Position numbers and translations under genes: made by a program. From the NCBI GenBank assembly GCA_023129325.1, contig JAGMCI010000011.1, forward strand, positions 45,549-109,548: 64,000 bases of DNA. Direction: 5' to 3'. The stretch comes from a candidate division WOR-3 bacterium. GTDB lineage: Bacteria > Hydrothermota > UBA3073 > JACQXS01 > JAGMCI01. Under the pieces are notes generated by a model. That model was not told the DNA's origin. It was given only the letters and a program-made list of their open reading frames with translations, and did not search any database. Of the stretch, positions 37,308-47,945 are shown one piece after another. Positions within the stretch are counted from its first letter, which is position 1; the number at the start of each line of letters is the position of its first letter.

Positions 37308-39044
37308 TTATATAAGCGATAAGTTTTTTGGATAAATCGTTATCTTATGTTTTTTTATTTTTCTCCAAAGAGTGGTGCGGGAGAATTTGAGGGCTTTGGC
37401 GGTTTTTAGTTTATTCCAATTATTTTTCTTTAATGCCTCAAGGATAAGCTTTTTTTCTAACTCATCCAAAGTTAGTTCTCCGGAAGGACGGGCAGGGACA
37501 AGCCCTGCCCCTACAAGTTCATCTGGTTTTATTTCATCTGGCAGGTGTTGAGTTTGGATTATCTTGCTGCGGCAATGGACAAAGGCGTGTTCAACTGCAT
37601 TTTCTAATTCTCTTACATTCCCGGGCCAGTTGTAGTCAATGAGTATATCCATTACCTGAGGTGATACATTTTCTATATTCTTACCTGTTTTTTTTCTGAA
37701 TTTCTGGATAAAATGTTTGACAAGAATAGGTATATCATCCCTTTTTTCTCTTAACGGGGGTAAGGAAATTGATACAACATTTAGTCTGTAATATAAGTCT
37801 TGCCTGAATTTTCTATCTTTTATTAGCTGTTTAAGGTCACGGTTAGTTGCGGCAATAATCCTGACATCTGCTTTTACAGTCTTTGTCCCTCCTATTCTTT
37901 CAAACTCTCCATCTTCTAGTACTCTAAGTAACTTAGCTTGCACATTACCTGGTATTTCTCCAATTTCATCTAAAAATATAGTACCTTCATTGGCAAGCTC
38001 AAATCTTCCAGGTTTATCTCTAATAGCTCCTGTAAAGGCTCCTTTTGTATGGCCGAAAAGTTCTGATTCTAAAAGATTTTCGGAAAGGTTGGCACAAAGT
38101 ACTTTTATGAAAGGTTTATCTTTCCTTGGTGAATTGTAGTGAATTGCTCTTGCTACTAATTCTTTGCCAGTGCCTGTTTCACCCAAAACAAGAACTGTAG
38201 CTGATGTTTCACTAACAATTCCTAAAAGGTCATATATTTCTTGCATCTTGGGATTTTTACCTACAATGTTGCTAAAGCTATATCTTTCGGCAAGCTCTTT
38301 GCTAAGATATTTTATTTTTGATAGGTCTCTAAAAGTTTCAACGCCTCCCATTATTTCACCCTCTTCATCAATAAGGAGAGCTGTTGACACAGCTACTGGT
38401 ATCTTTTTATGATTTTTAGTTAAGATTTCAATTTCGAAGTTAGATATTGGTTTACCTGTTTCCATAGTTTTACGAAGTGGGCAATTTTCTTTACAAACAT
38501 TACTTCTGAATATAAGGCGACATTCTTTACCTATTGCTGCTTCTCTTTTGAAGCCTGTTATTTTCTCAGCTGATTGATTAAAACTGGTTATTTTCCACTC
38601 AGCATTTACAGTGAATACTCCATCTGCAATACTCTCAACAATAGCATGAAGCCTATTTCTTTCATTTAGGAGTTCAGAGCTAATTGTTTGAAGTTCGGCA
38701 ATATTTCTAAATGCAAGTATGGCTCCAACTATCTTATGATTGACATTCTTTAAGGGAGTTGCGTTAATGGATATAGGGATTTTTATACCATTGGCAGTTT
38801 GTATGTTAACTATAATATTTGAAACTGCCTTTCCTGTTTTAATTACTTTTTGGACAGGACAATTTTTTTCGCAAAGTTCTGATTTAAAGATGTCTTTACA
38901 ATTTTTACCCAAAACTTTTCCTGCACTATGGTGAGTTATTCTTTCAGCACTCTCACTCCAACTAACAATATGCAAATCTTTATCAATAAATGCAACTCCA
39001 TCGCCAAGGGCTTCTAACATTTGTTCTGATAATTCTATTGGCAT
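37308..39044 (-). CDS. Sigma-54-dependent activator (2 PAS + AAA + Fis HTH)
   Basis: GETGTGKE, ESELFGHTKGAFTGA, FLDEIG, WPGNVREL, RTTLWRK; start uncertain (the ORF-track N-terminus comes from a palindrome). Confidence 0.9.
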   Translation of the reverse strand: MPIELSEQMLEALGDGVAFIDKDLHIVSWSESAERITHHSAGKVLGKNCKDIFKSELCEKNCPVQKVIKTGKAVSNIIVNIQTANGIKIPISINATPLKNVNHKIVGAILAFRNIAELQTISSELLNERNRLHAIVESIADGVFTVNAEWKITSFNQSAEKITGFKREAAIGKECRLIFRSNVCKENCPLRKTMETGKPISNFEIEILTKNHKKIPVAVSTALLIDEEGEIMGGVETFRDLSKIKYLSKELAERYSFSNIVGKNPKMQEIYDLLGIVSETSATVLVLGETGTGKELVARAIHYNSPRKDKPFIKVLCANLSENLLESELFGHTKGAFTGAIRDKPGRFELANEGTIFLDEIGEIPGNVQAKLLRVLEDGEFERIGGTKTVKADVRIIAATNRDLKQLIKDRKFRQDLYYRLNVVSISLPPLREKRDDIPILVKHFIQKFRKKTGKNIENVSPQVMDILIDYNWPGNVRELENAVEHAFVHCRSKIIQTQHLPDEIKPDELVGAGLVPARPSGELTLDELEKKLILEALKKNNWNKLKTAKALKFSRTTLWRKIKKHKITIYPKNLSLI

Positions 39045-39052
39045 TAGAAATG

Positions 39053-39096
39053 CAGATGTCATCCCGCACTTATGCATAAGTGCGGGATGACATCTG
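39053..39096. repeat. Perfect 44-bp palindrome
   Basis: CAGATGTCATCCCGCACTTATG|CATAAGTGCGGGATGACATCTG. Confidence 0.9.
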
Positions 39097-39107
39097 ACTT
39101 CTGTTTT

Positions 39108-42100
39108 TTATTTAATCCTGATTGCTTTCTTTATCTGTATGAAATTGCCAGCTTTCATACGATAAAAGTAAATTCCTGCTGGAACTCTTTTGCCTATCTC
39201 GTTATGACCATTCCAGATAACTTTATAGTAATTGGGTTTTTGTGATTCATTTACTAATGTGCGAATGAGAGTGCCGGTAATGTCATATATTTTGAGAGAG
39301 ACCGTGATATTCTTTTGTCTTAAGTCAGGAATCTGGTATCTAATTTCTGTGGTCTTAGTAAACGGATTAGGCACATTTTGATGGATAGCAAAAACTCTTG
39401 GCAATGAAGGGGGTTTTTCTTCTATTCCTGTTTCTACAATTATTATCCATTGAGTAGAATCATTGAGAATACCATCACTAACTATAACTTTAACTGTATC
39501 CACAGTCTTTTCATGGGACGAATACAAATAAGTTGAACCAGATGCTGTAGTGTCAATACTCCATTTATAAGTTAAAGAATCTTCAGGATTCGGGGCGTGA
39601 GCATATACTGTTAATAAAATAGAACTATCAATTTGAGTAGTACACGGGGATTGTGGGTTGATACTATCAATTACAGGTGTCTCTCCTTGGGAAGTTGTAG
39701 TTAAAGTCACTGGTACAGATACTATAGGCTCATCTGGGTCATTTGAATTTATCTTAAGCCAGGCATAGTAAGTAGAATCTAATGTAAGTCCTGACGCATC
39801 ATAAGAAATGAGTATATCAATACTATCTTCAGGCGGAATTGTGCCAGATATTGGGTCTTCAGAGAGCCATTTCATCTTATCTTTCGAAATCTTGATTACC
39901 AAATTATCGTGGACATAAGGGGTATTATAAGCAACTTGAAGTCCAATTGTTCCATCCTCATTTTGAATGCCAAGTGTAGCCTTATCAACCTGCTTTGCTG
40001 GCTCCGTCCCGCTTCGCTTGTCGGAGCGGGGCAGGCAGGTAAGTGTTCTCATCAACTGATATTGATAGGTTATCACACCATCAGCAGCCAAAATTATTTC
40101 AAAAGTATATGGTCCCTCTCCAGAAGCTTGTGATACATTATAGTATTCAACAATCAGCTTATCCTCATCAGAGTAATAATAAGCATTACCTCCGGCTGAA
40201 AAATCAAGGTCATCCCAAAAAGGTGCTAATAAATTAAAAGGTGCACTTGTATTAGGTAAAGTAGTATTATTAAAGTGAGCTGCTGTACTTGTGAAACTCA
40301 CCCATCCATTAGTACAAAACCTAAAAGATGTAAATTCATTTCCATAAAATGGGAAGGTAAAGCCAATAGGAAGAGGTCCAATATTTGAATCATCCCCAAG
40401 TCCTATTATTTCTGTTCCTGTTTTTGTAATATCAATCCAATCATAAGTGGGGCCACCAAGTTCATCAGAATCTATCCAACTGTAGCTGGCTGAATCTGGT
40501 CCCCCGGAACCATATTTATTGTCCCCAGTAGCAGGCAGGTTTGATTCAGTTATTCTAAATTCAAGTGTATCGTTGCCAAAATTGTTGATTATTATTATTT
40601 GAGATGTAGTATCATTTACTTTTAAAACTGCTTGAAGTGACTCAGGTAACACCTTTATATCAGGTGCTCTCAAGACAAAGTCTATTTCAGTATCTGGCGG
40701 CACGCTCGCATAAACTGGGTTAGAATTAAGAAATTCGGACGCTGATGCAATGAGAGTATAAGCTCCACCAGGCAAGTTGACAATTGTATAATAACCGCAG
40801 ACATCAGTTGTATCTATGCCAAAGCTTGGTCCGGTACAAATTACTATTGCATCTGGTATTCCAAGCCCTGTTGCGTCCGTAGCTCGTCCCGAAATTGTGC
40901 TGAAATGCCGTACTAAAATATTAAAATTAGATACCCAAATGGAACCAAGAATATCTTGGCAAGTCAAATTAAATGTCACTAAATGGCTATCTGGTGCGAC
41001 TGAATCTACTTCAAAAATATATGGAGGTGTTTTTAAAGAATCTCCTGGTTCAATAGTCCCAAATGTTTCTAAACTATCTATAACTGTGATAAAGGTATCA
41101 GTTGTTGAGATTTTACCTTCCACATTGTGAGCAGTATTAGTGCCGTAATTTTTTACCCACAGAGACATCTCAATTATCTCACCTTCATTTACAATTCCAT
41201 CTCCATTCCCACTTGATGCTCCAATTGAATCATCATCTATTAAAGGATTAAAACATGCAACATAGCAACCCTCAAGCACGGTTACTTTTACACTGTCTGA
41301 TTTAGATACATTAAGGTCACTTGCTTTTAAAGTATATGTTGTTGTTATAGGAGGAGATACTTTAGGATTTTTAATATTTGAATCAGGTAAGTCAAATTCA
41401 GAGGACCAAAGATATGTGTATCCTGGTGGAGATTCTGCATAATTTGGAGCACCATTCGTGACTGTTGGGTCCAGTGTTATAGTGTCACCATAATATATTG
41501 ATGTGTCATTTCCTGCATCTACAAAAAGGGGTGCATATTCTGCATTATAAGTATAGTAACCTAAATTACATTTCCCTTTTTCTATTCTCATATAACCGTT
41601 TTCTCCCCACCATTTACCCCAACTATTTTTAATTATCCAGTAAGTTGAATCATCATTCCAACCAACAAATACAATGGCATGGTTAAGTATTTCATCAGGT
41701 GATGGAGTATATGAATATATACCTCCGCTGTAGGACCACCATCCATTGTCAACCCATACGGTAGTGCTTAAAGGATGATTTATTAAAGCATTTTTAATGT
41801 CATTTTCATTATACCACCCGCCTGTTACTTGATTATATGATGTAATTTTTCTTGCCTGAGATTGCCAGTCTAAACATCTGTCACAAGGACCATTAGATGC
41901 TGTGTAAGGGTCACAGGATTCTAAAGGAATACCAGTATCTCTTGTGTAATGAAGCCCTGCATCATGCCAACCTCCATTACAACTTCCACACCAAGTGCAA
42001 CAATCTGTAACTAATGTTTGTTCAGCAAGGTCAAGGTCAATAGAGGTATCATTTTCTGCCACATTTATTAATGCTTCAATATGCCCAACAGCTGCAAATG

Positions 42101-42866
42101 CCCAACAACTGCCACAACCACCCTGGCTTTTAACTTCTGTCATCCAATTTTGGCCGTCTTTGTCCCGCCAGTCAAGAGATGAAGGGAAAAGCTTCCCGGT
42201 TTTGGGATATTTCAATTCTTGGGGAGAAACATCAGATGGAGGTAATAAACCAAGTAATTTTTGTCTATCTTTATCTGATAACATAAAGATTGGATTAAGC
42301 CCTGCTGCCCATTGGGCACCAGTAGCAAGTATGTTTTCTCTAATTTTTCTTAACTCATTGAACCTCTTGAACACAAAGTCCCGTAGGTTTTCATCAATGT
42401 TAGCTTCGCCTATGTAATTGAATATATCCTCTGCTTGAGAAGTATTATATACAAATTTATTTGCCTGACTTACTCTAATAGTATCTTTAGCAGAAATACC
42501 TTCTATGAAAATAGATATTTCAAATTCGCCCCGTAAGGCCTTTAGTCTCTTGCGGGGTTCATCTAATTCTTTTAACATATCTAATAATTTGGAAGCATTT
42601 ATGATAACCTCACCCTCACGAATATCATCAGGAGATAACCTGTCTAAATATTTATCCTCTATATAGATACATCCTATCGGATTATTTAGCAGTTCCCGTC
42701 TGCCAGATGTCGGGCAGGGAGACTGAAATGATATCCTTGTGGTTTCCTGTTTCGCCGAGAGGGTGATTTCTGCATTTAAGAGGTTTGCAAAAAGAATACC
42801 TATAAATAGTGTTAAGGAAAGTCTTATTATTTTATATTTTGTAATTTGAGCAAATAGATTATTTAT
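39108..42866 (-). CDS. Secreted C1A papain-like cysteine protease with Ig-like modules and FlgD-Ig/T9SS-like C-terminal domain
   Basis: QGGCGSCWAF, NHAIVFVGW, IKNSWG; QNVPNPF...GIYF tail; frame open for 96 codons upstream of 42578 to an ATA behind AGGAGGT, adding a signal peptide. Confidence 0.85.
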   Translation of the reverse strand: MNNLFAQITKYKIIRLSLTLFIGILFANLLNAEITLSAKQETTRISFQSPCPTSGRRELLNNPIGCIYIEDKYLDRLSPDDIREGEVIINASKLLDMLKELDEPRKRLKALRGEFEISIFIEGISAKDTIRVSQANKFVYNTSQAEDIFNYIGEANIDENLRDFVFKRFNELRKIRENILATGAQWAAGLNPIFMLSDKDRQKLLGLLPPSDVSPQELKYPKTGKLFPSSLDWRDKDGQNWMTEVKSQGGCGSCWAFAAVGHIEALINVAENDTSIDLDLAEQTLVTDCCTWCGSCNGGWHDAGLHYTRDTGIPLESCDPYTASNGPCDRCLDWQSQARKITSYNQVTGGWYNENDIKNALINHPLSTTVWVDNGWWSYSGGIYSYTPSPDEILNHAIVFVGWNDDSTYWIIKNSWGKWWGENGYMRIEKGKCNLGYYTYNAEYAPLFVDAGNDTSIYYGDTITLDPTVTNGAPNYAESPPGYTYLWSSEFDLPDSNIKNPKVSPPITTTYTLKASDLNVSKSDSVKVTVLEGCYVACFNPLIDDDSIGASSGNGDGIVNEGEIIEMSLWVKNYGTNTAHNVEGKISTTDTFITVIDSLETFGTIEPGDSLKTPPYIFEVDSVAPDSHLVTFNLTCQDILGSIWVSNFNILVRHFSTISGRATDATGLGIPDAIVICTGPSFGIDTTDVCGYYTIVNLPGGAYTLIASASEFLNSNPVYASVPPDTEIDFVLRAPDIKVLPESLQAVLKVNDTTSQIIIINNFGNDTLEFRITESNLPATGDNKYGSGGPDSASYSWIDSDELGGPTYDWIDITKTGTEIIGLGDDSNIGPLPIGFTFPFYGNEFTSFRFCTNGWVSFTSTAAHFNNTTLPNTSAPFNLLAPFWDDLDFSAGGNAYYYSDEDKLIVEYYNVSQASGEGPYTFEIILAADGVITYQYQLMRTLTCLPRSDKRSGTEPAKQVDKATLGIQNEDGTIGLQVAYNTPYVHDNLVIKISKDKMKWLSEDPISGTIPPEDSIDILISYDASGLTLDSTYYAWLKINSNDPDEPIVSVPVTLTTTSQGETPVIDSINPQSPCTTQIDSSILLTVYAHAPNPEDSLTYKWSIDTTASGSTYLYSSHEKTVDTVKVIVSDGILNDSTQWIIIVETGIEEKPPSLPRVFAIHQNVPNPFTKTTEIRYQIPDLRQKNITVSLKIYDITGTLIRTLVNESQKPNYYKVIWNGHNEIGKRVPAGIYFYRMKAGNFIQIKKAIRIK

Positions 42867-42916
42867 AACTACCTCCTTTTATATAAATAAGGTATAATCT
42901 ATTACTTGTCAACTTT

Positions 42917-45073
42917 TTAATTTTGAATCCGGTTTAGATGAAAATCTATACCAATTATAACCTCAGAATCTTTCACTTCCACAAGAGTAGCATTGTCAGG
43001 AATCTTTACTAACCAAGGGGTAGTGTCTACACAATCTGGTTCACCACGACATTCACCACGGAGTGGCTCCGATAAATCTATGCCTTCATACCATTGTTCT
43101 ATGTAGCCATTAAATTTGCCAGTTCTCAGGAAATACTTGCCAGGAGTAAGTCCTTTAAGTTTATAACTTCCATCATTAGAGTCCGTAAATTGAGCCATAT
43201 GCCCTGTGGAATCATAAGCAATAATAGTTCCTGATGTTGAGACTTTACCTGAAATTAAGGAAGTATCATAAATAGTGCCACAAATCTGACATTCCCCAGG
43301 TGTGACATTAAAAGCAACCTCGGTCGTCTTCCCTTTTTCTATTTTGATAATCTTATTTCTTAAATCATTAAATTTTCTCCCTCCCCCAAACCATATAGCC
43401 GCAAAGTCAGAGTTAGGTGAGAAGGCACAGAGTTTGTATTCACCAGGGGAAAGCCCTGTAATCCTGTAACCACCACTAAATGTATTTTCACCTAATTTTA
43501 TGACCTGATTCTCATTCGTGAAATCTGGACAAACAGAATAGGCAATGATTTTAAATTTAATAGAGTCGCTTGATAATGGTTCACCACGACCTTCACCACG
43601 GAGTGGAAAGTTATTCCTGGCGTCTCCGTTAGCTAACGGACGACGAATAAATCCTCTAACCCATCCTCCAATAGATAATTTAAAATCAATATTAGTTGTG
43701 TTATATCCTTCTTTTATCTCAATCAGAGTGGAATTCTTGAAGCGAGTTGAGTTTTTGTAGTATTTATCAATATGAGTTATATGAGTGCGTGAATCAAAGG
43801 AATTTATCTTCAGTCTATATTTACCAGGTGGAATTTGTTTGAGTTCATATTTGCCTGTCGGTGAATGAAATGCCCACCTTTCTGGGAGTTTTTCTCCTTC
43901 TGGTGTATAAAGAGTTAAGTTAAATTCTTTTATAGGTTCTTCATTCTCATCTTTGACTATCCCTGAAATCATTCCTCCACTCTTAAGTTGAAAATCAATT
44001 CCAGTTATAGTATCTCTTGGAGTTACTGATAGCAGTGTCCCATAGGAAGGACTAATAGCATCCCTGTAATATTGCCAACAGTATGGACTTTCACGAGATG
44101 GAGAGAGTTTTATCCTATATCTACCCTCTGGCAAGCCTGAAATTATATAGTGTCCTGTGGAGTCCACTTCTTTTTCAAGTCCTCCTTCTTTACTTATTAC
44201 TTGGATTGAGACCTGTCCAATTTGTAGGGGCAATTCCCTGCGGTTGCCCACTCGAGGTGTAACTTTTCCTGAGATTGTGGCTCCTGGACTTACTTCAAAG
44301 TTGATTTCAGAAACAGTGTCAAGAATACTTTCTACCACTTGGGCACTATCCCAGCTTTGTAGGGGCAAGCCCTTGCGATTGCCCACTCTTTGTAGGGGCG
44401 AACCCGTGTGTTCGCCCCGTTTCCGTGCGGAACGGGGTTCGCCCACATAAAAGCTACCAATCCAGCCATCGGGTTCAATATAAATTTTATATGCACCAGG
44501 TTCTATGCCTGTTATTAAATATTTGCCAAGCGAATCTGTCAGGGAAAGATAAGTTGTGTATGAATTTTTTGATTTGTAAGCTTTTAGGAAAAAAGGGATT
44601 TTAATGACCGGTTTTTCAGTTCTTGCATCTATAATTTTACCTCGTATTACCCCTCCAGATTCAAGCAAAAAGTTTATCCCGGTTACAACCTTTCCTTTTT
44701 GTACACTAATTAGATTTGCATCTTCCCACCAATAAGTATTTTTATAATATTCCCCAGCATATCTACCTCCTGTGCCATAATATTCACCAGAATTGATTTT
44801 TAGAATATAATCTCCAGGGAGCAAATCACGAATTATATATCTACCATGAATATCTGTAGAAGCACAGCTTGTTATATATCCGTATTTGTTGTATGCCCAG
44901 ACCATAACTCCTGATATTGGGGTTTTCCCAGCACTCTCATAAGCCAATCCCTGGATTCCTCCTGTTTCCTTTACTTTGATTGGGATAAATTCTATTTTCT
45001 GTTGCCTAACGGATACACACCCAGAAATAAGCAAGAAGTAGGAAGTAAGAAGTAATAGGTTTCGAGGTTTCAA
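42917..45073 (-). CDS. Lipoprotein with repeated carboxypeptidase-regulatory-like (transthyretin-fold) domains
   Basis: Lipobox ISGC; repeated G.I.G...TD..G.Y.I.GL.PG.Y units; several in-frame repeat inserts. Confidence 0.8.
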   Translation of the reverse strand: MKPRNLLLLTSYFLLISGCVSVRQQKIEFIPIKVKETGGIQGLAYESAGKTPISGVMVWAYNKYGYITSCASTDIHGRYIIRDLLPGDYILKINSGEYYGTGGRYAGEYYKNTYWWEDANLISVQKGKVVTGINFLLESGGVIRGKIIDARTEKPVIKIPFFLKAYKSKNSYTTYLSLTDSLGKYLITGIEPGAYKIYIEPDGWIGSFYVGEPRSARKRGEHTGSPLQRVGNRKGLPLQSWDSAQVVESILDTVSEINFEVSPGATISGKVTPRVGNRRELPLQIGQVSIQVISKEGGLEKEVDSTGHYIISGLPEGRYRIKLSPSRESPYCWQYYRDAISPSYGTLLSVTPRDTITGIDFQLKSGGMISGIVKDENEEPIKEFNLTLYTPEGEKLPERWAFHSPTGKYELKQIPPGKYRLKINSFDSRTHITHIDKYYKNSTRFKNSTLIEIKEGYNTTNIDFKLSIGGWVRGFIRRPLANGDARNNFPLRGEGRGEPLSSDSIKFKIIAYSVCPDFTNENQVIKLGENTFSGGYRITGLSPGEYKLCAFSPNSDFAAIWFGGGRKFNDLRNKIIKIEKGKTTEVAFNVTPGECQICGTIYDTSLISGKVSTSGTIIAYDSTGHMAQFTDSNDGSYKLKGLTPGKYFLRTGKFNGYIEQWYEGIDLSEPLRGECRGEPDCVDTTPWLVKIPDNATLVEVKDSEVIIGIDFHLNRIQN
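44359..44446 (+). repeat. Tandem GTAG-type REPs, the second interrupted by a TTCG-flanked CCCCG element; in frame
   Basis: GTAGGGGCAAGCCCTTGCGATTGCCC; GTAGGGGCGAACCCGTGTG-TTCG-[CCCCGTTTCCGTGCGGAACGGGG]-TTCG-CCC; a third REP at 44224-44249. Confidence 0.85.
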
Positions 45074-45133
45074 GGTTTCGAGGTTTCGTGGTTTCAGTTT
45101 TTCCTTGACCCCTTGACCCCTTGACCCCTCTTT

Positions 45134-45823
45134 TCATTTTATTTTCTTTACTCTTTCTATATCCTCGTTTTGCCCAAGAAGCACAAGCCTATCTCCTTTA
45201 ATCAACCCATCATCAGGCATCGGGGCTATTAGTATGTTTTCGCCAATTCCAGCCTTTCCATTTTTATCAACTTTGGTAACTTTACGCTTTATTGCCACGA
45301 CCTGAACCCTATATTTTGAACGAATTGCCAATTCTCCAATAGTCTTTTCTTCAAAATTTTTAGGGACATCAACTTCCACAAGAGTATGAGTTGGAGAGAG
45401 TTTAATATGCTCAAAAATGCCTGGTTTTATAAGAGATTCAGTTACTTTGGCACCCATTTCTCTCTCTGGATAAATAACCCTGCTGGCTCCAAGTTTTGTT
45501 AATACCTTTCCCTGGAGTGAAGTAAAAGCTTTGGCAATAATTGTTTTAATTTCAAATTCCTTTAAAATAAGAGTTATAAGAATGCTTGAAGCAATATTCC
45601 GTCCTATTCCGACTACAGCAACATCTACATCTGGGACACCTGCGTCCCTGAGAGCCGTTTCATCAGTTGCATCAAGCTCAATCGCCCGTGCAGCAAATTC
45701 TGATGCTATTTTTACTTTTTTCTCATCCATATCTATGGCAAGAACTTGAACACCCTTTTTACTTAGTGTCTGAGCCACAGACATTCCAAAACGCCCGAGC
45801 CCTATTACTGCGAATTGTTTCAT
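45134..45823 (-). CDS. trkA: Trk/Ktr potassium uptake NAD-binding (RCK) subunit
   Basis: VIGLGRFG; PEREMG; TrkA-C domain. Confidence 0.85.
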   Translation of the reverse strand: MKQFAVIGLGRFGMSVAQTLSKKGVQVLAIDMDEKKVKIASEFAARAIELDATDETALRDAGVPDVDVAVVGIGRNIASSILITLILKEFEIKTIIAKAFTSLQGKVLTKLGASRVIYPEREMGAKVTESLIKPGIFEHIKLSPTHTLVEVDVPKNFEEKTIGELAIRSKYRVQVVAIKRKVTKVDKNGKAGIGENILIAPMPDDGLIKGDRLVLLGQNEDIERVKKIK

Positions 45824-45925
45824 CTCTCCCCCTTACATCAAATACCTAAATACCTAAACACCTAAAATCCTAAATCCTTTTTTTAGACATTTAGGCATTT
45901 TGGACTTTTAGGCATTTGTTTCTTC

Positions 45926-47299
45926 CTATCCTGTTAAAACATCTTCCTTCGGAAGTTTGAATGTTTCAGGTCTGGCTCTTTGAATAATAGCTGTCCCTAT
46001 AGTTATAGAGCCTATTCTTCCTATAAGCATTGTTAGAATAATTATAAATTTCCCAAGTCCTGTAAAATCGTGAGAAAGACTGCAAGCAGGGTTGATTTTT
46101 GACCCCATTGAAAGCCCGACCGTGCCAAAGGCTGAAATTTCTTCAAAAACAATGTTAATGAAACTTTTCCCTGTCTCTGTTAAAGTAAGTACTATTATCC
46201 CAATGACCAAGAAAAGAACACTGATAAATACAATCATAAAAGCTCTATCTATAATTGCTCTATCAACTCTTCGGTTAAAAGCTGAAATATTTTTTCTGCC
46301 CCGAAAATAGGCTATCATACTTATAAAAATAAGAGTGATAGTTGTCGTTTTTACCCCTCCTCCTGTTCCCCCAGGCGATGCGCCGATAAACATAAGAATT
46401 GAAGTAAAGAATTTTGTCCCAAGTTTAAATTTACTAACCGGGACAACCTGGAAGCCAGCAGTTCTTGGCGTGCTTGCTTGAAAAAAAGCATTTGAGAGTT
46501 TATGCCCGATGCTCATATTTTTCAAAACGCCATTCCACTCCATTGTGAGAATCCCAATAGTTCCAACACAGAGTAGAATGAGAGTGGCACATAAGACCAA
46601 TTTTGTATGTAAACTTAAGAAGGTAAGTTTCTTCTTTCCCGCCTGCCAAAACGAAGTGGCGGGCAGGAATCGCCAGTGTAATTCATTTACAACTATAAAT
46701 CCCAGACCTCCAATAATAAAAAGTCCACTCACAGTAAAAATAAGCAATGGGTCTTTTGAAAATCTAATAAGACTATCAGAGAAAAGCGAAAATCCTGCAT
46801 TGCAGAATCCACTTATTGAGTGAAATATGCCATTAAAAAAGGCATTTGCTAAAGTAAAACCAAGTCTTGAAAAATGAAGTGTTAATATGACAGTTCCTAA
46901 TAATTCAACTCCAAATGTAAGTTTAACAGCTTGTAATATAAGTTGTTTCATTTCTCCAGATGAGTATCCCATAGCTTCAGAAGTCACGGTGGCTTGTCTT
47001 ATGGATAGTCTTTTCCTGATAAATAGAAAAAGCAAACTTGCCAAAGTCATATATCCCAGCCCTCCAAGCTGTATCAGGAAAAGAATAATTCCTTTCCCAA
47101 ATCTTGTAAAGTCATGAGGAGTATCCTTAACAATCAGTCCTGTGACACACACAGCTGATGTAGATGTAAAAGCACTGTCTATAATTGAACATTTCTCAGA
47201 AGTTGAGGCGACAGGAAGAGAAAGGAGTAAAGTTCCAATAAGTATTATAATTATATAACCTAATAAAATAGCTCTCTGGGGGGTAAAAAGCTTTCGCAT
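45926..47299 (-). CDS. trkH: Trk/Ktr potassium uptake membrane subunit (TrkH/KtrB)
   Basis: SAVCVTGL, SGFCNAGF, RTAGF, SAFGTVGLS. Confidence 0.85.
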   Translation of the reverse strand: MRKLFTPQRAILLGYIIIILIGTLLLSLPVASTSEKCSIIDSAFTSTSAVCVTGLIVKDTPHDFTRFGKGIILFLIQLGGLGYMTLASLLFLFIRKRLSIRQATVTSEAMGYSSGEMKQLILQAVKLTFGVELLGTVILTLHFSRLGFTLANAFFNGIFHSISGFCNAGFSLFSDSLIRFSKDPLLIFTVSGLFIIGGLGFIVVNELHWRFLPATSFWQAGKKKLTFLSLHTKLVLCATLILLCVGTIGILTMEWNGVLKNMSIGHKLSNAFFQASTPRTAGFQVVPVSKFKLGTKFFTSILMFIGASPGGTGGGVKTTTITLIFISMIAYFRGRKNISAFNRRVDRAIIDRAFMIVFISVLFLVIGIIVLTLTETGKSFINIVFEEISAFGTVGLSMGSKINPACSLSHDFTGLGKFIIILTMLIGRIGSITIGTAIIQRARPETFKLPKEDVLTG

Positions 47300-47495
47300 T
47301 CTTTATATAAAGTAACATAAAATCTTTAAAAGTCAAGAAAATCTTTCTGATGACCTCAATTTTATTGAGGTCTAATGATTAGATTTTCTGACCCCGCACA
47401 AATGTGTTTTGTGCTGTGGTCAAGAAAAAACTGCAACTATGAGATAAGGTGGTTATCTCCTTGTGAAATTACAGTTCGTTAGTTAGAGATTTTAG

Positions 47496-47852
47496 TTACT
47501 TTTCAGTTGACTTTGGGGGAGGTGATGTTTTGGGTGTTTCTTTTTTTGTGTTTTTAATTACTTTTTTCTCTTTCTTTTCAACAACTTTCTCTTTCTCAGA
47601 TGGCTTTGTGGCTATTTTCTTTGATAGGAGTTTGGCAAGTCTTGATTTTTTGCGAGCCGCAGTGTTGGGGTGTAGAACTCCCTTTTTTACAGCTCTATCA
47701 AGAACAGAGTAAATCTCTTTTAAAGATTTGGGAGATTTAGATGCTTTTGATTTCTTCACAACAGAGCGTATTTCAGATTTTGCTTTTCTGTTTCTTAATC
47801 TCCTCTTCTTATTTTGGCGGGCACGTTTAATTGTTGAGCGATGACGAAGCAT
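47496..47852 (-). CDS. rpsT: 30S ribosomal protein S20 with Lys-rich C-terminal extension
   Basis: STIKRARQNKKRRLRN; LDRAVKKGVLHPNTAARKKSRL; SD GGAGG before ATG 47852. Confidence 0.9.
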   Translation of the reverse strand: MLRHRSTIKRARQNKKRRLRNRKAKSEIRSVVKKSKASKSPKSLKEIYSVLDRAVKKGVLHPNTAARKKSRLAKLLSKKIATKPSEKEKVVEKKEKKVIKNTKKETPKTSPPPKSTEK

Positions 47853-47945
47853 TTTTCCCTCCTCCAAAGGATTATAATCTTTACTTCACTACTTGTCAAG
47901 TTTTTTCTTGACACAAAGTTTAAATAATGTATACTTTTACACCTA

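Noticed and set aside
39045-39077. MHKCGMTSAFL N-terminus of the sigma-54 activator
   Set aside because: Encoded mostly by the 44-bp palindrome; probably not the native start.
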